DNA from: Lama guanicoe | Taxonomy: Eukaryota | Assembly (NCBI GenBank): GCA_013239625.1 | Contig: MU054323.1 | Location: forward strand, 15,814,029 to 15,878,028 | Length of the DNA: 64,000 bases | Reading direction: 5' to 3' | In this document: positions 41,801 to 56,800 of the stretch, in pieces | Layout: each line of letters opens with the position of its first letter | Position numbering within the stretch: position 1 is the first letter of the stretch | Notes under the pieces: model-generated | The model's database searches: none | Told to the model about the DNA's origin: nothing | What the model saw: the letters and a program-made list of their open reading frames with translations, nothing else | Translations under genes and position numbers: made by a program

Positions 41801-44800
41801 AGTATCTAACTTTAGCATCAGAATCACCTGCAGGACTAGCTGAAACACAGATTGCTTGGGCTGGCCCTATCCTCATTTCTGATTCAACAGGTCTGCAGTG
41901 GGGCCTGAGAATATGCATTTTTAAGCAAGTACCCAGGTGATGCTGATGCTGCTATTCTGGGACAACACTTGGAGAACCACTGACTTACACCATCTGTGAC
42001 ATAGTTAGAAGGCCAAAAATAAAGCAAATAGGCCGCTAAAGAGCAAGGAACTGAGCTGTCCCAGAACCCCAGCTCTTACAACACAGAATGATGAAGTCTT
42101 ATATATATGTCCTCAAGCTGACAAACAAGTACACACTAGCTTTTTTGATTCTCTTCCAAATTCCTTGTGTATGGTTGTACTTTTAGCCATCTCCTCATAA
42201 GAAAATAAAATCAACCATTTTCATTCAGTTCAATAATGTCTCTGGGGAATACCTACTACCTACCACAGTCCAAATTACTATAAATGAGAATATAGGACAG
42301 ACAAATAAACCAAGTTGCTACTCACAATGCACTTCCAATCTAGTGAGGGTATAAGATGAGAACACACATAGATATATACAATAAAGCTAAGATCAGACAG
42401 TGGAGTCTCCTAAAAATTGAGGGTTTGACTCAAATATTCACATGTATTTATTTAACAGTATCAACTGAGCACCCACTTTGTACCAGGCACAGTCACTTGC
42501 ACTAGGACTAAGGTAGTAACAAAACAAGTAAAACAGAGCTCACAGCCAGTGGATGAAACACGTACACTGAATAAAACATATGTGGACCAGTAGTATATGT
42601 TGTATACAACTAGAACCAGAAATACAGTTACAAGTAAAAGAAGTGAATATAAAAATAAACACAAATAAAATACAGTGGGATACCTATTAAACTCTGGAGT
42701 CAAGTACAGAACTGATGTTCAACTTAAAAATTATATTTTAATCTGGTATTTATAGTTAGCTTTATCTTAAACTGTGAATTTCTTGAAATTTTCCTTATAA
42801 ATAAAAATGGCCCCAAAACTTTATTTACCTAACATCTCTTTCCAAAAAAGATGGAGTTTTTTTTTTTAAATGATACATTATATCTGAAAGTGCTATAGGA
42901 AATAGTGGAATATTCTTTCACAAAGTAATTCCTCCTTCCCTAAGTGTGAGATTACAAAAAGCACTAAATTAATTACACCCACATTATCAGCTAATGGCAT
43001 TATACAAATAACCATACATAATTAGGTTTTCTGGGTCCTCACAAAGGTTCCCTCTGGTCCCCGATCAGTCAATTTCCACAGTACATCCTCCTATCTCTCA
43101 AATTTTTTCCAATGTTCCTAATGTTTGCACAAGGGGCTAGAAAGTTAAGTTTAAAAAATGTATCTATGCAATATATAAGTGTATTAAATCAATGCCCTAT
43201 ATACGCTAAACTTGTACATTATATGTCAATCATACCTCTATAAAGCTGGAAAAATAAAAAAATGCACATAGTATATACATACATACATAATAACAAGTGA
43301 GAAAATAAGATATCAATTAAGGAAGGAATTCCTCTGGATATGCAATGTAACAAACTTGACATTTGTAGATTTAATATTTATGGTTATCACTGTTTGAAAG
43401 TCACCCAGAGGACATGCTGTTCAGACAACGGTGAGGCCAGAGGCCAGATCCACAGAGTAAATACATGAGCCAAACCGAACCAAGCATTTACATCTCAAAG
43501 TTAAAAAGCAAAAACTTTAAAAAATATATTTTTAAAAAACTGACTTTCTTTATGAAAAATATCTCCCCCCAACCCCAAAGAAAGCCAAACTGCTAGTAGT
43601 GGTGTTATAAATGATGAAAAATATAAGAACTAAGAAAATGACAGCTCTTAACCAAAAAAAGAAAAGAATGTCAAATTTGGTAACAGTTTGTAACTATGAA
43701 TGTGAACAAGTTCACCAAATCCCCCTCTCCCCAAATCATTAAATTAACTCAAGAAGTGCCCCAACCTAAGCAAAAACTATCCACCAAATGGAATAAAACT
43801 TTCATCAACACTGAAAAGAATATTAACTTGCAGAATAGGAGTATATATAAGAAATGTATGACCCTCAAAGGAAATATAGTTCAGAGGAAGCAAGGATCTC
43901 TGAATTTTTAAAACTGAGGATTTGCAAATGACAAGTCTTCTCTGTAGTTTTTCTTTACGGTTAGAAAACTGCAAAAGAGTTCTAAACATGTTTTAAAACA
44001 ATCAAGTATCTTTTGATAGATATATAATCTCTAAAGAAGCAATCTTCAAGGGACAACACTTTTTATATTTAAAGTATTCATTTTACGTGTATAAATTATG
44101 AACCATTTATCTAAGGTGCTATGAAGACAAAGCCCAAACTCTTCCCAATGGAATTTAAGGCTATCCACAATCCCAACTCACTTTCCTAGCTTTGTTTTCC
44201 ACAATCTCTTCTCACACATCCTGTGCCCCAACTGAAGCAGACAATCTGTTAGTCCTGAAACATGTCCTGAACTCTCCCAGGTCCATGCCTTGGCTTATGC
44301 TCTTCTCTTCTGCCCCTACCTCCCCCAAAGTCCTTCATCTTCAAATTCTACCAATGTCCAAGTCTCAACATACTCCACTCATGGTATTCCTCCCTTTTCT
44401 GAAGCCAAAGAGTACTTTATTACTTTCTATTAATGGGAAGAAAACCTCAAAATAGAAAGAAAAAAAAACCTATATGTAAATACTACTTCTACCATTTTAT
44501 GGCACTTATATTAATGTTCAGTTAGAAGGCAAGCAAATAAGTACTTCGGAGTATTTAATATGTACCAGGGCACTCTGCTTAACACAGTATGTAACTAATC
44601 TCATTTAATTGGGACTATTACACAATTATTTTCTTGTCTCATTAAATTTTCCAAGTGTTTATGATTTATTTCATTTCCAACCAGATTATAAGCCCCTTAA
44701 AGGCAGAAGCCTCCATTTATGCCTTCACTGAGTGTCTACAATGTGCCTACCACTTGACTTGTATTAGGACATAAAGACAGAATTCTTGCATTCTACTAAA

Positions 44801-47800
44801 TTATTAATCTACTGAGGACAACTGCTTTATAAACAAATAGACAAAACTGTTCTGTCTCAAATTACCTTAGAATATTCTAGTTATTCAATGCTATTTGATT
44901 AAGAAGAAAAAAGTTCAATCAGAGTAAATGGAGATAACTAAGGGAATAATGAACAAACTGGAAGTGTAAAATATATTTACCATAAATCAGACTTTTTTCC
45001 ACAGAGCTTTGAAAATTTTTTACTTTTCAGTTCTTTCATCTACCACATCATCACTATGAAATGTGGATTACAATTCCTACCACTAAATCAAAATAAGTAA
45101 AAACTTTTGGTACTGACATATGAAAATTAGCATATAAGCAAGCCACTAGTCCAAGACAGTCTTTTACTGTCTTCTGGCAGTAAAAATACACTGTCTTCAC
45201 AACGCTGTAAAATGACTATAACTCAATAAAAAGAAATGTTAAAAAAATGCTGTCTTTATATGGTATGGTATATGAAGACACCATCATTCTAGTAACAATA
45301 GAACCCAAGCGTACAGATTTTCCTTCCCCAGCACAGCAATAAATTACATATGATCTTTTATTCTAATGATAAATGACACATAATTTCAAGAAAATTATGT
45401 GAGATTAAGGGAGAAATCATGATCACAAAACACAAATTTAGTGAAACATTAACAATGACTAAGTGACTGAACTAGCAATTTCATCTAACTAACACCATCC
45501 TATAAAGTAACTGATACAACATATACAGATAAAACTTACAATATATTGAACAGGACTTAGAAAACTATGCATGTATAAAAGATTAATAAGCACTCTTTCA
45601 AAATGATGAAGCCAGTAAAAAAGACACAACCATGAAAAATATCTGTGAGAAAACTGGAAGTTGGTGATAAGAGATGGTCATATATTCTCCAAGTTCTAAA
45701 TGCCAGGGAAAGCTTTATCAGTCAGCAAGTTATCTAATATTTGATTGCTTTTATCTGATATTATTACACCAGCCCCAGAAATGTCCTTCTGATTCAGATT
45801 ATAGGCTCTTTCTTCTTCCTTATGTTATCAGCTGTCACAACCTACCTTTCATTTTACTACCAAATTTTCAGACAAATAAAAAGTGTTTTAAAATTCTCCT
45901 TTTGAAATAGTATTTCCATGTTCTTACATATTTTAGGATTAGAATATGGTTTATGATGGCAGAATTTTCTAGGTCAGCATACTAACATACTTTGATAAAG
46001 ACAGCAGGACCCAGAACAAACCGGGAAAGAGAAATAATTTCACTTAAAAAAAGAGAACTTGTTGCATAGAAATGACTGTAATAATTTTAAAGTAAGTTAG
46101 TTAATAAATGAATAAATATCCTCAAAAGATAGTTCAGAGAAGAAACTTACAGACTGTGACCAGAGTTGTTACAAAATATTCACTATTTATAGTTAGTAAG
46201 AGGAAGAAAAAGCACATTCTTTAAAAGAATTTATTACCAGTGAATGTTTCTACTAAGCAGGAGGTGGGGGGAGTGGACAAAAAATATGTGGAACTAAGTC
46301 AATGAAATAAAACAGGACTATGATCATACATCTGAAGGCCATGAACATGGTAATGAGTATTTCAACAAACCTAGAGAGTATACTTCCAATTTTAAGATTA
46401 ACTTTTCAGAAGAAAGAAAAAATGTATGCTATCACTCAAAGGAATATATTTCACATAATCAAATATTTTAAAAATTAAGGAAAGGAGACCATAAGGAACC
46501 TTTTTCAAAGGCAGTACAGGCATAGCTAAATAGACCTAATGTGAATTCCAGCTTTCCCACTTACTGGATAATTGGCCTTGAACCCAGCTAGTGTTTTCTA
46601 TTCGCATTTATTTTAAAGTTATTAAAACTATTAATATTCTTTAACATTCTGGAGTATATAATTATTTGGTATCTTTATTGCAATAGTTCCTGATTAAAAT
46701 CTGTTTTCACCATTTAAATCACTGTCCAGCTTTGGTTTTCTTTAACACTGCTAAATGTACAATTCAGACAGTTTCTAAAAATAAAATCTAAATTTAACTC
46801 TGAATTCTACATAAGAACTTTTTTTGTAGTAAAAAATTTTTGTAAAAAAAACTGGCTTCTAATCAGTAACTCATGCTCTAAATCTCTTCTCTAATTCACA
46901 TTATAACAAATTTACAAAAGCACTGTTAAAAAATCAATACAGATTCCTCAACTAGGGAAGTCACATTTTATTAAAACAAGCTTTTATTAATAACTACCTG
47001 TCTTTCAATGATCATAACACACTCATTTCCTGATTTTAAAAAACTAATATAAAAAATTAGGTCAAAATGTCAAAAGTAAGATTTTATTCAAACACTTTAA
47101 AAGTAAAACAAAAGAACACAAAGTAGGGAAAATGGGAAAGACTTATAAGATGTAAAAAAATATTTGATATAAATTAAATCATTTAAGCTTTGAAGTACAT
47201 TGAATCTAAAAGATCAATAAATACTTGCTTTCATTTTTTCAAAAAAAAAAAGCCTGTGAACATAGTTTAATTTTTCTTGATAACTCAGGACCATAATTAT
47301 ATACATCAAATGTTGAACTGTATTGTCCAAAAACTAAATGTTCTTTGATGTGACTTGGAAAATTCCTACCCCTGGATCTCTCACTAATCTGTGTGATCTT
47401 ATTAAAGTTACTTAACTTTTCTGAGCCTCAGTTCCCTCAACTATAAAGTGAAAGAGTTTAACTTCTGTGATTATATGGAACCAAAGACGACATACGTGAA
47501 AAACAGAACGTATATGTACCAATCCCAAGACAATGAGTATTTTTTTTAAAAAAGATTTCTATTTGCCTGCATTCTGCTTATCTGCATCCTTTTCAAAGCA
47601 GACTAATGGTATACAATTGAATTAATATCTTCCAAGGCAGTACTTTGGCTAATTTTTTAAAATTTACTGTTGTATCCAAGACAACAGCCACCTTCCAAAA
47701 TATATTATCCTCATCCTACAGAATAATCATCTTCTTCTGTAAAGTTATCAGTGTATTTTAACGAGCAGCAAGGCAGCAGAAGAAGGAAGGGGATTCTGCA

Positions 47801-50800
47801 TTATCAGGCCAGGGGCTCCTTCCCGAAAATTTGAACTCCATTTTAACATGGTCATTACTAACACATACTGTGATATGTGCTAGAAACTTTTTAAAAATAG
47901 GGTACAGAGGAAGTTGCTGAAGCCCCAAGAGGACAGAGACTGTCTATGCTATTGACTGCTATATCCCCAGTGCCGAGAATGGTCTCTGGCATTGCAGCAG
48001 ATGGCCAATAAATATCTGTTAAATTAATTAAACAAATTCATAAAAAGTAAACAGTATAAGGTAGCACACTCTAAGTGCCCAACAACAAAGCAAGTAAAGT
48101 TGACCCTTTAACAATACAGGGGTTTGTGGCACCGACCCTTGGCGTAGTTGAAAGTATAACTTAGAGTCAGCCCTCCCTTCCTGTATATCCGCATTAGCAG
48201 ATTCAACCAACCTGGGAGGGTGTAGTATTGTATTTACTACTGAAAAGAATCCACATGTAAGTTGACCCTCACAGTTCAAACTCATGCTGTTCGAGGATCA
48301 ACTATGCTAAAAAAGGAGCAATCATTAAAAACTCTTCATGTTGTAAATGAGACGTAAGTTAAACTTGAAAAAAGAACAAATAAATCTGAAAGAGTAATAA
48401 AAACTATGAGGTGGTGGAAGGACATTCCAGAATGACAAATCCTTCTGAGCGATGATTTTTAAAAAGGTATGGTTTATGTACAGAGTAAGATTACACTATT
48501 TTGGTTTAGAACAAATACTCTAAATAACAGGTAGGAAATATAAACAGCTTAATCATGGAGATCTTTGAAAATTATTATAAGCAAAAACTAAAAAAGAATG
48601 TCTTGAAATCAGTATTTTAGAAGCCTTAGAGGCAATACTGTATAGAATATCTTGACCAAAGGAAAGACAAGAGGTAAAAAATTAGTAAGGTCCCTACTGC
48701 AGTCACTCAGATGTGAGATGACGAGGGTCTGTATCAGAGTAAAAACAAATAGTATTAGGAATTAAATGATTAAAATAGATTTTACACGGCTGAAAGAATG
48801 CAGACAAGAGAGTAAAATGTTCAGTGAAAGCTGAGTCTAGGTTTCTAGAGAAGGTAAATAAGAGACTGGGTATGGGGAGAAAGGTCAGCTTGGTTTGGGA
48901 GAAGAATTTTAGAAAGGATGATGGAGTTTCAAGCGATAGGTCACCCAGGTGAAGGTATTAGCAAAAAGTTTAACATGCAAAATTGTAACTGTGGAAAAGT
49001 ATCAGGACTAACTAGATATAATTTTATAAGGCATCTAAACAAAACGAATCAACTAGAGCGAGAGGACTTAAATCAAAGTAACTACTGAAAAGAAGTATAA
49101 TCTGGTGAACAACCTGAACGGAGGACTGGAAGCAAGATCACAAGAGACTGAGAAATGAATAACCCAAAAAATACAAAGAGAACAAAGAAAGAAGAGATTA
49201 GTAAAAAACTAAAGGGAGTAAATGTCTGTAATGAAGGAGAAATGAAAGAGAATAAGGGACAGAATGACAGTACGAATGGATTAGAGAGCTGAGGATGGGA
49301 TTTCTTTTGTTGTTACTACTGGTTGGTTGGTTTTTAAACAGGAAAAACTAAAATGGCATTGACACAATGGCTATTACCATAGATACAATGGACTCAGGTC
49401 TACCTGAAGTTAAGAGTCATTGCTTGATTATAAACTCCATGTGAGCCGGAACCATATCTGCCTCTGTTCACCACTGTATCTCCAGTGCCTAGGAGGAATG
49501 CCAGGTATTCAAAATGTGCTTAAGATTCCAAACAAAAGCCTTGCAAGCAGAAGTGAAATTTTATTTTTTTCTTAATCCACAAAAATTTTCTGTGAGGTTT
49601 TGGCCACTCTGGTATTTTCATATTTTAGACTTTCTGTGCTCATTCTCACTTAGTTGGCTATCTATAAAGATCTGAAAAGCCAAACTTTATTTTTGATGAA
49701 AAGAAGTAGGCTTAGTGTTATGAAAATCAGAACTTTTCGTTCTGAATTCTGGATAACTGAGGTATTTCTATTTTATTATTTAAAGAAGTAGAGTTCAAAA
49801 AATATTAAAAAATCACATATTGGTGATGCAACTACAAGCAAAATCAGAAGAGTAGAACACAAAGTAATGATAACTACATATTTTATTTAAAATAAGAGTT
49901 ACCTTCCAAGGAAAAAATATTCAATTTGTTACTTACTTAGAAGGAATAAGAAATGTGTATAAAATTTTAAGGTATGGGCTTTAGAAAAGAAAAAAATTGT
50001 AAAGTCATATGACCCTGCTGACTGTAAAGACTTCTTAGGACATAATGCCAAAGACACTCCCTGGCAGTTGGTGTTTAACACACAAAGGAAGAAGAAAACA
50101 AACCTACACACGCAACTACCAAAACCCAAGCACCAATTGTTGCAGCCAACAACAAGCTGCAATTATGAAGCCAGTGGCATCCCTAAAACGAGCTCTGTCA
50201 GAATGATGTGGCAGGGCTCAAGCAATGCTCTACATAACAATGCAAAAAAACAGAATGCTACTTGCTTCTTTTGGCTCTTTATAGCAGACGTCATAGCTAG
50301 CAGCAAGACACACAGATACACTCTTCCTCTATATACCAACATAAAAATACAGAATCAGGGGATAGGGAGGGCCAACTGTACTACACCATTTTATATAAGG
50401 GACTTGAGCATCTATGGATTTTGGTATCCTTAGTGGAGTCCTAGAACCTATGCCCCGCAGACACCAAGGGACAACCGCATCCTGCATTCACTACATTTAT
50501 GATAAATATTGTAAATGTCAAAGTGCAGGACGCGAGACTTGCCCTTAAGGACATAATTTAGCTGGGAGACAAGATATACATATATAGACACATATATTTA
50601 ATACATATTCAGCAACAATGTAACTTAATACACGATTCTTTCATTTAAGAACCATTTATTAAAAGCAGCTGCTATGTGCCAGTCACGCTGCTAGACTTTA
50701 GGGAATTAAAAGCACCCTTAAGTGACTCACAATCTACTGAGGAAAAAAATATGCAAAGTATGAGATAGGTGGTATTATCAAGATGCAGCAGAAGTTCTCA

Positions 50801-53800
50801 CCATTAATCATCTCTTAACCAACCCAGTGGATTAACCAGTATTCTCTAGTCCCTTTGTAAAACACTGCCCAAAGCCCAAGGCATGATAAACATTCAGAGC
50901 TACAGTATGCTAGTTTTTATAGTTTATCCAAACATGTCGGTTTACCAAGAGTCAAGTGAACTTCCTCCCAAACCTGTTTCTGTCAGTTGTACTTATCACT
51001 TTGATTAGATAATTCAACTAAATAGTATATAAACAAAATACAGGGATGAAGAGAAAGACTAAGTTGAACGCTTCAGAAAAACAAGGCAATAAAGGAGACC
51101 TACTAAAAAATACTGCTGTCAAATTAGATATGGTTGAAACAACTATAAAAGACTGGGGGAAAAGTCATTAAAAATCTACGATTTTGCACTCAGTGTGCTT
51201 TATCCAAGGAAAACCAAAATTAGAAATCATAAACAATGAATTATATTTATAGCTTACTGAAGAATGACAACACAGAACTCCAACTGGCATTCTAAAAAAA
51301 CAACAGTGAAGGGTCAGCAGGCTTGGTCTCACACTGGCAAATCACTGAGTGTTTATATATTTTTAACTTAAATTATTTAAAGTATCATTTTAACCATCTT
51401 TTCGGACTTACTGCCCAACCACCAGGCCGGATGATACTGGATAACAAAGCTTCTGTCTTACATATACAAGCTGTTAGGGGAGCATGAAGCTTCATTGTGT
51501 CTGGAGGTCAGGGAGGTTTCCTAAAGAAAGTAAACTAAATGTTGGAAGCTGATTAGAAATTCACCAGACAGACAAGGGAGAGGAAAACATCCCAGTCTCA
51601 TACGTTGACTCAGAAGCATGAGAGAACAAGAAAAATCTCAATAACTTCCTTCTCTTACTATGCCCAAGACCATTACTCAAACTTTTCTTATGGCAAATTA
51701 TTTAACCTCTCTTTTCATCTATGAATTAGGGAATGATTATTAATACCTCTCCACATATAGTTTTGCAAAGATTGAGAGAGATTATACATGTGAAGTGCTT
51801 ACCACTGTACCCAGCACATGATAACAGCTTAATAAATGAAACTATTATTTTTTTTGAAGGGTAAAAAGGAAAGGAAAGAGAGGAAACAACAGATAAAATA
51901 CTAGGTTCCATTACTGGGACCACGGCACTATCTTCCCTGACTGACTACTTTTTCAAGTTCAGTGAGTGTGCTGACCCAGACCCCCAGGCTCCTCCTTGCT
52001 CCCTCCTTATAGCGCTCTATGAATCTACATTCCTCAGGAGCAAGTTTTAGTTGTGCCCATAATTTAGGCTCCTTTGTTAACTACTTAGCCTTCTCATTTA
52101 GGAAGTATAAACAAACAAGCAAAAAAATTGAAAACAAGTCCCAGACTGAGCTGTAATTTTCCATCAGGTGAAACTGGTATCACCCTTGTGGAATCTGACA
52201 TCATGTTTATTTCTCCTAACTAGATATGCTGGTATTGGATCCAATTTCTGTCACGTGTAAATGAGTGCTAATAAAACCTGTGTGTACAGTAATGAAACAC
52301 TTCCCTGGCCCTTTCCTTGGATCCCTATGTGCAGTTATGCCAAGAACCTATTCACCACACCCAAAATACCTATTCCACCCAACCTAATTCAATATTTCCC
52401 AAAGCTCACCTGAATTCCAGGGCTTCTACTCCCTTATTTTTCTTCTCAACTTATCTCCAAAACACCTACTCATTTTTCCTTGTGCCTACTGCTTCTGGTT
52501 AATTCTACAATAAATTTTCCTTCTTACATATCAGTATTTTCTAATATTCTATTATCTTGTTCAGATAAGGCATTTTTGTAATAGAGGTTAAACAGCATTA
52601 AGCCTGTCAAAGAAAATGGTTTTATTTCCTCAAATATCTGACTGCATGAGAGCAAATACACGGTTGATACATCATTCTGTTCAAATATAGTATATGCAAT
52701 ACAGATGAGCTTAGAATAACCTAATAACAAAAGCACTACAGAAAATTTGATATATGATCAATAAACACAAACTATATTAATAAATACGTACAGAACTTAA
52801 TTAAGCTATTCTCAGAGAAAGCTGGAAAAGATCTGAATTTGAAGACATTAAAAATAAACAAACAGTTCATGTCAGTATTCCCTCTGCAAAAATAAATAAA
52901 AGTATTAAACTGGAGTGATAACACTAGTAAACACTTTTGAGGAACACAAATTGTTAAAGACTTCCCTGTTAAAGCCACTTACAATGTAATCGTTCTATTA
53001 AATTTTTCTACTTAGAAGAAAAACTTGAAATAAGTGATAAGAATTTAAATTATGACAGTTATTCAAAGCATACTTAATTATACAAATATTACAATTCACT
53101 TGGCTACTTCAGGTCAGAAGCAGCTACATACAGGGTGAGGAACCAATAAAAGGAGCCCATATGGTAAGAGAACAATGCCCTGGCCTGAGCACTGAGAGTC
53201 CTGGGTTCTCAGCTAAATCTACACCAACTCACAGAGTAACCCAAGGCAGTTCACTTCACCTCTGGGGCTCTAACTAAAAGAGAAGGGATGAGACTATTCA
53301 AGTTCTAAGTTCCCTCAGGAGGTAGAATGTTCTTAGTGTCTATCCCTGTCAGACCTAGAATTCTACAAGTACAAGTGCTAACATGAAGACTGCAGATAAC
53401 ATATCCTTCAGGAATTAAGAACAGGTTAATGAGTGCAGCACAGTTTTTGCTTCCTGTCTGCCTCTGCTCCCCCCACCCCGCTGCTCCCGTTTTCTTTTCT
53501 TCTGCCTTCCTCCTCAACATCTCTCTCTTGCCTCAGGTTTCTCTCCCAAGCTACAATTTTCCTCTATTATATCTCCAGTCCTCAGTGCCTACAAGCTATT
53601 ACCACCTTTTACTACCATCTCTGACCTGCCCTCTACTTCCAATACTGTCAGTTTATTGTCCTCAAATCACAACTTATAAGGTAAAGAAAACGTAAGCAGC
53701 TACTATGACAAGCCGATCACGTAAAGTAGTTCAAGTCTAAAATGTGATTTAAATAAATAATACAATCAAATGCATTCTATTCACAGAAATTTCAACCAAA

Positions 53801-56800
53801 AAGAGCAAACCACTTACTGGACGCCTATTATGGGTCACATACTTCGCATTATTTTCTTTTTAAAACCTTACTACTATTTCACTTGGTGGGTATATGATCA
53901 TTTACAATTTAAAAAAAAAAATGAGGCCCAGAAAAATTATAAATCAGAAGTGATGGAGCTGCCTGAATCAGGCCCACATTTTCCACTGCCAAATTAGGAT
54001 GGTCGATCAACTGTTTTGTCAAAATAGCCACCAAAGTAAGAAACTTTAATGACCCCAAGGGCAATTTGACTTCTAATGGCTCAGAACTGAAACCTGGATA
54101 TCACCAATAACTCTCATAAATCAAAAAGTATAGCTGATATCAAAGTAGACAGTAGGTTGACAAAGGATTCCCTTGGAAACCACCTCCAATCATTCAAACA
54201 TCTTTTAAGGATTGATTAGTAAAGGGTTGGTTTGTTTCAAATTCTGCTTAAATTACCAAGATTTTGGAGAAAAGATGTAGGTCTCTTTGTACCACTGAAA
54301 TTCAAAGAAAAAGTAGATTTAGATAGTAAATAAAGTTTCGGGCTAAATAGGAACATATCTTAATAAAGAAATGCTATCAGTGATACTTCTCCCCAGATAA
54401 TTATTGGGCTCATTCTTACTTGTCAATTTTTGAAAGTAAGATAAGAGAATTAAGTTTCCAGTATTGGTGCCTTGAAACAACTCTCCCATTAAAAAGAGCT
54501 AAAAATTCTGGATAAAGTATTTTTAAAATCATCTTAAAAAGCTAAGTTGATAGATAATAAGGAATTATTTGACCAAAATTGAAGGAAAAATGGGAACTCA
54601 GTTTGGTAAAAGAATAAAAGCCACTTTTACCCTTTGGGTGCCAGTCAATCAGAATAAATTTGAGCTTTAGTTTGGACAGTCTTGCAGGACCCAAAAGGCA
54701 AAATGCAAAGACCAGAACCATCCAAAGTGTAGAGACTAATAGGAGCTATTCCCTACATTTAGCTAAGACCCTAAAGGGCTTATAACCTCAAGGCAAAAGT
54801 GACACAGAAATATACTGGCCCTCATCTGTATTCACAACCAAAACCTGCACCAGCTATCTGGGAGGTTCAAAACTTCAAACAATGAATTTGCTTTAAAGTG
54901 GTTCAGTCCAAGTAATGCCTCTAAAAATCCACTGGAAGCAAAGGCAAAACTTTCTGAAGAAGATACCATTATTTGAGACCTGATTAGTCTTCTACTTTTT
55001 CAAGGACAGTGAGCAGCACACAAAGATATCTCTGCATACAAAGAAACAAATCATTAGCAGGAACCCGGAAAAATAACAGATCACAGAAAGGGACCTCTAA
55101 GAACTCACAATAGGAAGAAGAGAGACACCAATTTTGAAATAACTATACTTACCAGGTTTAAAGAATTAAAAACCACGCTGAAAATATCTGCAGGGAACAG
55201 GAAAGATCCAGCAGATTTTAAATGGAACCAAAAGCTGAACTTCAACAATAACCAAAATTACAAACTCACTGGGTGACTTTAAAAGATTAGCTTCAACTGA
55301 AGAGAAAGCTAATGGACTGAAAGATAAATCAGAATAAAGCATGTAGAAATAAAAAGAGGGGAAAGGTACAAAAGATAAATAAGGCTTAAGATACATGTAA
55401 TCAGAAACCCAAAAGGAAAAGAGAGTAAGATAGAGAAATCTAAAGAGATAATGACTGAGAATTTTGCAGAACTAATGAGATGTCTATCTCCAGATTCAAG
55501 CTTAACAAAGTCCCAAATAAAATAAAAGGAAATCTATACCCTGACACATCACTATGAAACTACAGCACACCAAAGTCAAGAGAAAAATCTTCAATGTAAC
55601 CAATAAAATGAGCTAGAAAACAGTATATAGTAAAATCTCTGTCTGTTGTTTTGAAATAAAAAGAAAAAGGGTAAATCACATTAACATGATTCTATCTCAG
55701 AAGGCTGTAAGATCAAGTAAGACAATGTATTTGAAAAGTTTTTTTTTTAAGTTTTTTAAAACCCATAAGGGTATGTGGTGATGTAAGTGACAGAACTGCT
55801 ACAAAACCTATTTCATTCTCATCATTTAACCTTTCACTTTACCTGTAAAAGAAGGTTGTAGCTGATTATTTCCAAAATTCATTCCAGCACAGACTACTAT
55901 ATCATTATATCTCTCAGTCAGAGAGAGGTGATTCAAGTTATAATATTCTACTGCCTAAAAATAAAATGCTATCATTAGAAAGAATAATAGAAACATAACA
56001 AATTATATCCCAAATTCTATAAAAAGCCATCCACATCAGGAACACCAACACAAGTGTTGAAATCACGAAACTACATGTAAAAACAGAAAAGGTCAACTAA
56101 AGCATTGGTTTTCAAGTTTTGCAACATATTACGATTACTAGGGAACTCAAAAGAATACTAATGCCATGAACTCTAATTCTTAAGATTCTGATTTCAATGG
56201 TCGGGGGTACCAGCCAGGAAATGAATATTTTTTAAAGTTTCCCAGATTATTCTAAGATTGTAGCTAAAGTTAAAAAACACCAAACTAAAGTGACAAATAG
56301 TAGAATATATTTTAAAAGAGTAAAACCTCTATCATCTTTCCAAGATATAGTTATAGATTATAAAATTATCAAGAATATGAATAGAATGAAAAACAAACCT
56401 GTTTACAAAATTATACCATACCACAATGGGGTTCAGCTTTTCCAAGTTTAAAGGAAGCGGTTTAAAGGGTTGAATAAAACCAAAAATTAGTTTTATAGAG
56501 TGGTTAGTAAATGTATACAATTTGTTATCCAAGAAGTCATGCAAGCTTAAGACAAACATATTCAGAAAACTATAAATTCCAAAACAGTAGACACATGGAT
56601 TATTTAGAAAAGCAAGTACATTTGAAGTATACAATGTTTTGAGGTCGACACTGAAGATAATTAGTCACTCCTATTAAATGTCTCTGCGTGACATCATCAG
56701 ATCCGGAGTATTAGACTGCATGGTCCCAGGACGGCACTAATATGCTCTAGCCTTAGAAGAGCTTATGACTGGAGATTCTGCTTTTCTCTGGGGACAAGGA

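Noticed and set aside
50068..50433. 121-aa + strand ORF
   Set aside because: Non-ATG start, no recognisable homology, and its 3' part runs through a MER2-like transposon.
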